This document shows, piece by piece, positions 57,766 to 64,000 of a stretch of DNA of 64,000 nt. Under the pieces are notes generated by a model. The model ran no database searches and was not told the origin of the DNA. It saw only the letters and a program-made list of their open reading frames with translations. Source of the DNA: Minisyncoccota bacterium (lineage in GTDB: Bacteria; Patescibacteriota; Minisyncoccia; Phycocordibacterales; UBA2100); contig OZ253947.1 in assembly GCA_965267345.1 (NCBI GenBank), positions 138,814 through 202,813 of the forward strand, read 5' to 3'. Numbering within the stretch: the stretch's first letter is position 1; each line of letters starts with the position of its first letter. The position numbers and the translations under genes are program-made.

Positions 57766-58068
57766 TCACCTGTTGAATTCCTTAAGGTCATCAATCGTGC
57801 AGCCGCCCGTTGCCCATAGCACGCCCTGCGCAAAGCAAAGCCACCGCATTCCTTTCTCCGTTTTCCCACGCTCTAGGTGTGTTTGTGCCACACGGTGCAT
57901 GGCTCGCGTGTGGGCCAAAGCGTCCCGCATACTTGCTCGTGAGCCCGTTTCAAGGACTACATTCGGCGGCACACGATAGATGAGTTCACCACCAAAGAGT
58001 CGTCCTTGGTGTGTCCCTACCAGTGAGCTTGTTTGGTCGAAGGCGATTACTACATGCTGAGCATCCAT
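57766..58068 (-). CDS. Small hypothetical protein
   Basis: SD AAAGGAGG, C-terminal KGMRWLCFAQGVLW..G..TIDDLK. Confidence 0.6.
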   Translation of the reverse strand: MDAQHVVIAFDQTSSLVGTHQGRLFGGELIYRVPPNVVLETGSRASMRDALAHTRAMHRVAQTHLERGKTEKGMRWLCFAQGVLWATGGCTIDDLKEFNR

Positions 58069-58128
58069 TGGCCGTCCTCCTTTCTCGAGAAAAGGTAGCA
58101 CAGAGCACCACATGCTACAATGCGCCCA

Positions 58129-61100
58129 ATGTCCCGCGCACGACTGACCCCACAATTTAATGAAGCGCTCGCACGGCTGAATGCCGAGCAGCGCGCTGCC
58201 GTGACGCATATCGAGGGCCCCGTTATGGTCATTGCCGGTCCCGGAACCGGCAAGACGCAGATTTTAACGGTGCGTATTGCGAATATCCTCAAAGAGATCG
58301 ACGCTGAGCCATCCGCACTTCTTGCACTTACTTTTACTGAAGCCGGTGTGTCGGCGATGCGACGACGACTGGTAACGCTCATTGGTGCTGATGCCTATCG
58401 CGTCGGCATCTATACATTCCACGGATTTTGCAACGCGATGATCCAGCGATTCCCTGATGATTTCCCCCGTCTGATTAGCTCAGACGCGATTACCGATATC
58501 GATAAGGTGCTCCTCGTGCGCGACATTATTGCCGAGCGAGACACACTGGCACACTTACGCCCGTTCTACGACAACTTTGCATACGTCAAAGACATCATCG
58601 GCGCTATGAGCACGTTGAAACGCGAGTACGTGCACCCCGACACCTTTCAGCAGCGCATACGCGACGAGGAAGCTGCATTTACGGCGCGTGACGATCTGTA
58701 TCACGAGAAAGGTGCGCATAAGGGAAAAATGAAAACAGAGCACCAGCGCACGCTCAAGTTTATCGAACGCAACAAGGAATTGGCCGATATCTACGAGCAG
58801 TATGAGGCGGCATTGCGTGAGCGAAAACTTTACGACTACGAAGACATGATTGGTGTAGTGGTGCAGCGTCTTGAGGAAGATGCGGATGTACTGCATCGTC
58901 TGCAGGAAGAGTACCACTACATTCTCGCCGACGAGCATCAAGATGCGAACACGGCACAAAACCGGTTGCTTGAGTTGCTCGTCGACTACCACGACGACCC
59001 GAACCTTTTTATTGTCGGTGACGAGAAGCAGGCTATTTTTCGGTTTCAGGGCGCGTCGCTGGATAACTTTCTGTACTTTAAAGGAAAGTACCCGTCGGCA
59101 AAGGTCGTTGAGTTGACGCGGTCGTATCGCTCAGGGCAACCCATCCTTGATGCGGCGCACGGCGTAATCACCACCGATACACCGGAGGAGGTTGCACGGG
59201 TGCCACTTACTTCACACGCTGCGATTACCCACGCTCAGGTACAGGTGCGCAGTTTTACCGCCGACGAGATGGAACTGCACTGGGTTGCGCAGGATATTGC
59301 AGAGCGTATTACCGACGGCGTTGCCGCTGATGAAATTGCCGTGCTCTACCGCACGAACGGTGATGCGGCTGCCGTCGTGCGCGCCCTCGAGCGCCTACGT
59401 ATTCCACATACGGTTGAGTCTGATCGTAACGTGCTCGATGATCCTGCTATTGCCCAATTCGTGATGCTCCTGCGCGCCGTAGCTGACTACGGGAATGATG
59501 AGCTGCTCGCGCGTGTACTGCACGCCCGCTTTCTTAACCTCGACCCACTCGACGTATACAAGGTTATTAAGATGAGCGCCCGCGAACGCATACCACTTCA
59601 CGACTGCATTCGCAGTGAAAAGCGCATGGCCGAAAGTGGTGTCAGCGATCCGAAAGCACTCGCGGTATTTGCACGCCGCCTCACACAGTGGGCGCAGGCG
59701 GGTGAGAACGATCCCGTTCCTGATGTATTCAACCGTGTGCTTGAAGCATCGGGCTTTCTCACGTTTGCGCTGAATGCGACGCGATCGGTTGAAATGCTCG
59801 AGAAGGTGAGCGGCCTTGCTCGCGACACGGAGCAGCTCGCGTCGGGAAATCGCACATACAGTCTGCGCGATCTCATTCACCATTTCGATTTACTCGACGA
59901 GTATCGTCTCTCCATCACCAAGCAGAATCGCACCGACACTAAAGCGCACGGGGTGCGCTTGATGACAGCGCATCGATCAAAGGGGTTGGAGTTTGACTAC
60001 GTATACATCGTTGGCGCGTGGGATACGCACTGGGGAAATCGACGTCGCAGTGATACGTTCGCATTACCACTTGCCGGTGGTGACGAGGAGGAAAACGCCG
60101 ACGAGCGACGGCTTTTCTATGTGGCACTTACTCGAGCGCGTATTGGCGTGTCACTGAGCTACGGGCGCGTTGCCGCGAGTGGGCGTGAGCGCCTCCCCTG
60201 CCAGTTTATTGAAGAAATGCACGGCGCACACAAAGAGGTCATCGACATGAGCAGCTTTGAGGCCTCTATTGACCCTGACGCGCTACTGCGCGCCCCGCAA
60301 CAGGGCACCGCACCATCAGTTGCTGATCGCGAATACATCAGTGAGCTGTTTGCCGATCAGGGGCTGTCGGTCACGGCACTGAATAACTACCTAACGTGCC
60401 CATGGCAGTATTTTTATAGCAATCTCATCCGCATTCCTAAAATCCCGACAAAGTACATGGTGTTAGGTACCGCGGTGCACGTCGCACTGAAGCGGTTTTT
60501 TGATGCGCTTCGCGACACCACTGCCGACGAGGCAATACTACTTGAAGCATTTGATACGGCATTGACGCACACATCGCTCTCGGGTGCGGTGTACGATCAG
60601 GTCCACGACCGCGGCCGTGAAGCACTCGCGGGATGGTTCAAGACGTATGCGGGCACCTGGCACACCGATACCCGTAATGAGTATCGTGTTGACACGAGCA
60701 TTACGCTCAACAGCACCGAGGTGCCGCAGCTGCGCGTCCGTGGTGACCTCGACAAGCTCGAGGTACACAGTGATGGCGTAGTCGTTGTCGACTACAAAAC
60801 CGGCGCGCCAAAGACACGGAATCATATGCTCGGCAAAACAAAAGCTGTTGACGCCGGTGACTACTTCCGTCAATTGGTATTTTACAAAATGCTCCTCGAC
60901 GCCGAGGGGGTGTATCACATGCGCGAAGGTGTTATCGATTTTGTGCAACCAAAGACCGTGGGCACGCGCGAAGTGTATGTGAAAGAATCCTTCCGCATCA
61001 GCACTGACGACGTGGCACAGTTGATTGATGACATCACGCGCGTAGCGCAGGAGATTAGCACGCTCGCATTTTGGGACGAACGATGCGATCGCCACAAAAA

Positions 61101-61143
61101 AGGGGAGTGTGAATACTGTGCGCTGCGCGATACTATGCACTAA
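58129..61143 (+). CDS. UvrD/PcrA-like SF1A helicase fused to a C-terminal PD-(D/E)XK nuclease
   Basis: AGPGTGKT, DEHQD, VGDEKQAIF, TAHRSKGLEF, YVALTRA; then GDLDKL..VVDYKTG, QLVFY. Confidence 0.93.
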   Translation: MSRARLTPQFNEALARLNAEQRAAVTHIEGPVMVIAGPGTGKTQILTVRIANILKEIDAEPSALLALTFTEAGVSAMRRRLVTLIGADAYRVGIYTFHGFCNAMIQRFPDDFPRLISSDAITDIDKVLLVRDIIAERDTLAHLRPFYDNFAYVKDIIGAMSTLKREYVHPDTFQQRIRDEEAAFTARDDLYHEKGAHKGKMKTEHQRTLKFIERNKELADIYEQYEAALRERKLYDYEDMIGVVVQRLEEDADVLHRLQEEYHYILADEHQDANTAQNRLLELLVDYHDDPNLFIVGDEKQAIFRFQGASLDNFLYFKGKYPSAKVVELTRSYRSGQPILDAAHGVITTDTPEEVARVPLTSHAAITHAQVQVRSFTADEMELHWVAQDIAERITDGVAADEIAVLYRTNGDAAAVVRALERLRIPHTVESDRNVLDDPAIAQFVMLLRAVADYGNDELLARVLHARFLNLDPLDVYKVIKMSARERIPLHDCIRSEKRMAESGVSDPKALAVFARRLTQWAQAGENDPVPDVFNRVLEASGFLTFALNATRSVEMLEKVSGLARDTEQLASGNRTYSLRDLIHHFDLLDEYRLSITKQNRTDTKAHGVRLMTAHRSKGLEFDYVYIVGAWDTHWGNRRRSDTFALPLAGGDEEENADERRLFYVALTRARIGVSLSYGRVAASGRERLPCQFIEEMHGAHKEVIDMSSFEASIDPDALLRAPQQGTAPSVADREYISELFADQGLSVTALNNYLTCPWQYFYSNLIRIPKIPTKYMVLGTAVHVALKRFFDALRDTTADEAILLEAFDTALTHTSLSGAVYDQVHDRGREALAGWFKTYAGTWHTDTRNEYRVDTSITLNSTEVPQLRVRGDLDKLEVHSDGVVVVDYKTGAPKTRNHMLGKTKAVDAGDYFRQLVFYKMLLDAEGVYHMREGVIDFVQPKTVGTREVYVKESFRISTDDVAQLIDDITRVAQEISTLAFWDERCDRHKKGECEYCALRDTMH

Positions 61144-61173
61144 AAACGCCTGTCCTTGAGACAGGCGTTTTTA
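61141..61173. terminator. Bidirectional hairpin terminator
   Basis: TAAAAACGCCTGTC-CTTGA-GACAGGCGTTTTTA. Confidence 0.7.
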
Positions 61174-61193
61174 TTTGTGTATGGTGCGAAGAA

Positions 61194-61904
61194 TTACTCG
61201 CCACCAATTTCACCAGCAAGGAGCTGATCAACGATCTGGCGCATCGTCTCAATAGACTGGGCTCCCTCAAGTGTGTACTGCTCACCGTTGTAGAGAATGA
61301 TGTTGTGTGGAGTGCCACGGCCACCGGCAGCGACAACCTCATCGTAGTCTTCTTGTACCCGTGGTGCCATGTCACCGCTTTCAAGACAGGTGGTGAATGC
61401 GTCGACATCAAGACCGGCGAATTCGGCAATTTCAGGGAGCTGTGAATCAGCTAGGCCGTCGTTTGATGGCGTAATGTCGTAGAGGCGGTTGGTGTATGCC
61501 CAGAATCCGTCGTTGCCGCCAAGCTCAGCGGCACACTCAATTGCTTCTGCCTCACGCTGTGCTTTTGCGTGGAGCTGCGGGATGGGGAAGTGACGGTAGA
61601 CCCATGCCAGTTCGCTGTCGTCGTACTCAGTGATGAGCTGATTCATCGTTTCGTGGAAGTTCTTGCAGAACGGACACTCCGTATCTGAGAACTCAACGAT
61701 AACAACTTCGGCATCAGGGTTTCCCTGAATGTGGTCATCAGTTTGCACACCGCGGATGTCTTGTGCGGGTTCTTGTTGCACGTCGTTTGGAGTACCTGTA
61801 CCACCGGCACCGGTGCCGAGTGCAAAATATAATGCTGCCGCAATGAGTGCACCTGCTGCCACAATGGCAACGGCGATTGCAACATTTCCTTTGTGTTGTG
61901 TCAT
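61194..61904 (-). CDS. DsbA-family thiol-disulfide oxidoreductase
   Basis: N-terminal TM, EFSDTECPFC, YRHFP, GTP. Confidence 0.92.
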   Translation of the reverse strand: MTQHKGNVAIAVAIVAAGALIAAALYFALGTGAGGTGTPNDVQQEPAQDIRGVQTDDHIQGNPDAEVVIVEFSDTECPFCKNFHETMNQLITEYDDSELAWVYRHFPIPQLHAKAQREAEAIECAAELGGNDGFWAYTNRLYDITPSNDGLADSQLPEIAEFAGLDVDAFTTCLESGDMAPRVQEDYDEVVAAGGRGTPHNIILYNGEQYTLEGAQSIETMRQIVDQLLAGEIGGE

Positions 61905-62075
61905 AGCGTTAATATGCGTTTCGCGTTTGTTGTTAATACGGTAGGATTATAGCACACCCAGTATCAGTGTCTCTGGCACTGATGACGGTAGCTATGCAGC
62001 AACGTTTTACACATACTCAAGCGAACGCGACAATCAGCGGCAGCACCCGAAGAAGCTGCCGCATAATGAAAGTGT

Positions 62076-62909
62076 ATGTTTGAGCTCGCTAGTGTTACCA
62101 GCGCGCTCCTTGGTCTACTCCAAGGGCTCACCGAATTTCTCCCCGTTTCATCATCGGGGCATCTTGTGCTCGCGCATGCTTTGTTTGGCAGTAGTGGTGC
62201 TGACGACTTAGCCTTTGACGCCCTTTTGCATTTTGCAACTGCTGCGGCAATCGTAGTGTACTTTCGGCATGATTTTGTCGCACTCGTGCGCGCGATGCTC
62301 CAGTTGCCACAACGACTCCATGGAAACATGCCGCTCGAGACGCAGCACGTAACGGCACTCGCCCTTATCGTGGGCACGATTCCCGCAGTTGTGCTCGGAC
62401 TTGCACTTGAAGAGCTTCTCGCCACTGCATTTCGTAACCCGCTACTCGTTGCGGCCGCGCTCGTCGTCGGCTCAATGCTGATGGTTTACGCAGAACGCGT
62501 GCACGCGCGACAGCAGACGGTACACAGCGGTGTACGTTCCTGGCGTGACGGTTTAGTTGTCGGACTGTTTCAATCACTTGCGCTCATTCCGGGCATGAGT
62601 CGCTCGGGCATGGCGATTTCAGGTGCTATGTGTCTTGGATTGACGCGACAGGGCGCCGCTCGCTTTGCTTTTTTACTTGGGGCGCCGCTATTACTCGGCG
62701 CCGGTGCAAAAAAGGCACTTGATGTGTATATGAGCGGTGCATTCAGTGAGAGCACTATCAGCATCGCCACGGGCGTTGTGGTGGCATTCGTAAGCGCGCT
62801 CGTTGTCATTCACGTGCTGCTGCGCTTTTTGCGCCGTCATAGCCTCTACTGGTTTGTCGGCTACCGCCTTGCACTGGCGCTTGGTGTGGTCCTCGTCGTG
62901 CTGCTTTAG
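62076..62909 (+). CDS. uppP: Undecaprenyl-diphosphatase
   Basis: QGLTEFLPVSSSGHL, PGMSRSG. Confidence 0.96.
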   Translation: MFELASVTSALLGLLQGLTEFLPVSSSGHLVLAHALFGSSGADDLAFDALLHFATAAAIVVYFRHDFVALVRAMLQLPQRLHGNMPLETQHVTALALIVGTIPAVVLGLALEELLATAFRNPLLVAAALVVGSMLMVYAERVHARQQTVHSGVRSWRDGLVVGLFQSLALIPGMSRSGMAISGAMCLGLTRQGAARFAFLLGAPLLLGAGAKKALDVYMSGAFSESTISIATGVVVAFVSALVVIHVLLRFLRRHSLYWFVGYRLALALGVVLVVLL

Positions 62910-63481
62910 AAGGGGAGAGTGTGCGTGAACGCCGCGTCCTGCTTCTCTTCCCAGTGTGAGGTGTCAAAAGCTATATCGCGGACCTTGCCGAGATCTTTGT
63001 AGTGCACCTTATTGTGTGCACGGGCGTAGTCGTATACGCGTTTCGTCACTTTCACGTCTTGCGTGCAGTAGTTAACGACGCGCTGCACCTCGCCATTGCG
63101 CCACCACTCAATTGCTTGTAGGCCGTGACCACTTTTCTTTTCGCCCAGTGTCGCCTCGGCAATGGTGTCGAGCTTGATGCGTCGACCGAGCACGGCATAA
63201 ATCTCCTTCAAAAGATCGAGGCTTTTGATTCGTGACAGATCACCAGGGTAGTACTTGTTAAGCAGTGGAATATCGAAGTGGTCTGAGTTAAAGCCAATGA
63301 GCATGTCGGTGCGCTCGAGGATCGGCCACAATTCATACAGTGTCTCTTGGAAATAGTGTGAGTAGGTGTTGGTTTCTGAGTCGTGGATACACACGACCGC
63401 CAGATCAAGTGCGGCGGCATCGCTGGAACCAACATCGGAGAAGACGTTGCTGGTTTCAATATCAAACACGACCTTACGCAT
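62906..63481 (-). CDS. YprB-like RNase H-fold (DEDD) exonuclease domain protein
   Basis: VFDIET, GFNSDHFDIP, YCTQDV. Confidence 0.85.
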   Translation of the reverse strand: MRKVVFDIETSNVFSDVGSSDAAALDLAVVCIHDSETNTYSHYFQETLYELWPILERTDMLIGFNSDHFDIPLLNKYYPGDLSRIKSLDLLKEIYAVLGRRIKLDTIAEATLGEKKSGHGLQAIEWWRNGEVQRVVNYCTQDVKVTKRVYDYARAHNKVHYKDLGKVRDIAFDTSHWEEKQDAAFTHTLPF

Positions 63482-63538
63482 GTGCGTGAGAGTATAGCAG
63501 CTGGCACTGCGTGTGTGTAGGTGGAAAGCTCTAGGGCT

Positions 63539-64000
63539 CTAGAGTTCCTGCGTGAAGATGTGATCAGCGATAGCCGCTGCAGGCAGCGTGGTTTCCTCGC
63601 GGCTCGCAAGGTGCTTCACGGTGAATTGTTCCGTGGCGACTTCCTGTGCGCCGATACAAATGACGAACGGGATGCCCTTCTTGTCGGCAACCTTGATCTG
63701 ATCGCCTGCTTTTTTATATGAATAGTTGACCGCGACGCTGATATCCTGCTCGCGGAGTGTCTGCGCCAGATTCGTGGCGACGGTGGCTGCATCATCCTCG
63801 AGCACACAGAGCATGACGTCGGTGGCAGGTACGTAGGCAGGCAGTAAACTATGTGTTTCTAAAAAGTCGCGCATAGTGACATCGCCCATACCAAACCCAA
63901 CCGTTGGTGTCGCGGTGGAACCGAACACTTCCAGCAGATTGTCGTAGCGGCCACCGCCAAACAGCGCGCGACTATTTTCCGGTGCCGTATCGTACACCTC
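63539..64000 (-). CDS. hisS: Histidine-tRNA ligase, 3' part
   Basis: GGGRYDNL, VGFGMG, anticodon-binding domain; cut by the window edge. Confidence 0.93.
   Translation of the reverse strand, partial: EVYDTAPENSRALFGGGRYDNLLEVFGSTATPTVGFGMGDVTMRDFLETHSLLPAYVPATDVMLCVLEDDAATVATNLAQTLREQDISVAVNYSYKKAGDQIKVADKKGIPFVICIGAQEVATEQFTVKHLASREETTLPAAAIADHIFTQEL

Overview
Bacterial chromosomal window made up mostly of housekeeping genes (rnj, secG, groES/EL, rplY, rpmE2, prfA, rpsB-tsf, tRNA-Thr, pheST, gyrB, thrS, dnaE, rnhB, rpmF-nusB-rnc-smc, rnr, rpsP-khpA-trmD, rpoBC-dnaG-rpoD, uvrD-nuclease fusion, dsbA, uppP, hisS). Shortened PheS/PheT, a short SMC, a NusB-NUDIX fusion, an orphan peptide-binding protein next to secG and the lack of biosynthetic operons suggest a Patescibacteria/CPR (Parcubacteria-like) genome; this is inference. 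Main points of interest: (1) a 21.3-27.7 kb surface-protein island with a sortase, a VPYTG-tagged protein carrying 5x EWYDIAEP and VDNS repeats, two secreted Tyr-rich low-complexity proteins and small lipoproteins, possibly an anchored-plus-secreted fibre or adhesive system; (2) a ~190 bp structured element that duplicates and inverts the tRNA-Thr 3' end; (3) an AT-richer stand-alone HEPN-like gene behind a hairpin-rich non-coding region; (4) core genes that look leaderless, whereas small orphan genes carry strong Shine-Dalgarno sites; (5) a hinge-less SMC, a MutY without Fe-S cysteines, and a malic enzyme/transporter cluster. No CRISPR array, rRNA, integrase or transposase was seen. All calls come from reading motifs by eye; no searches were run.
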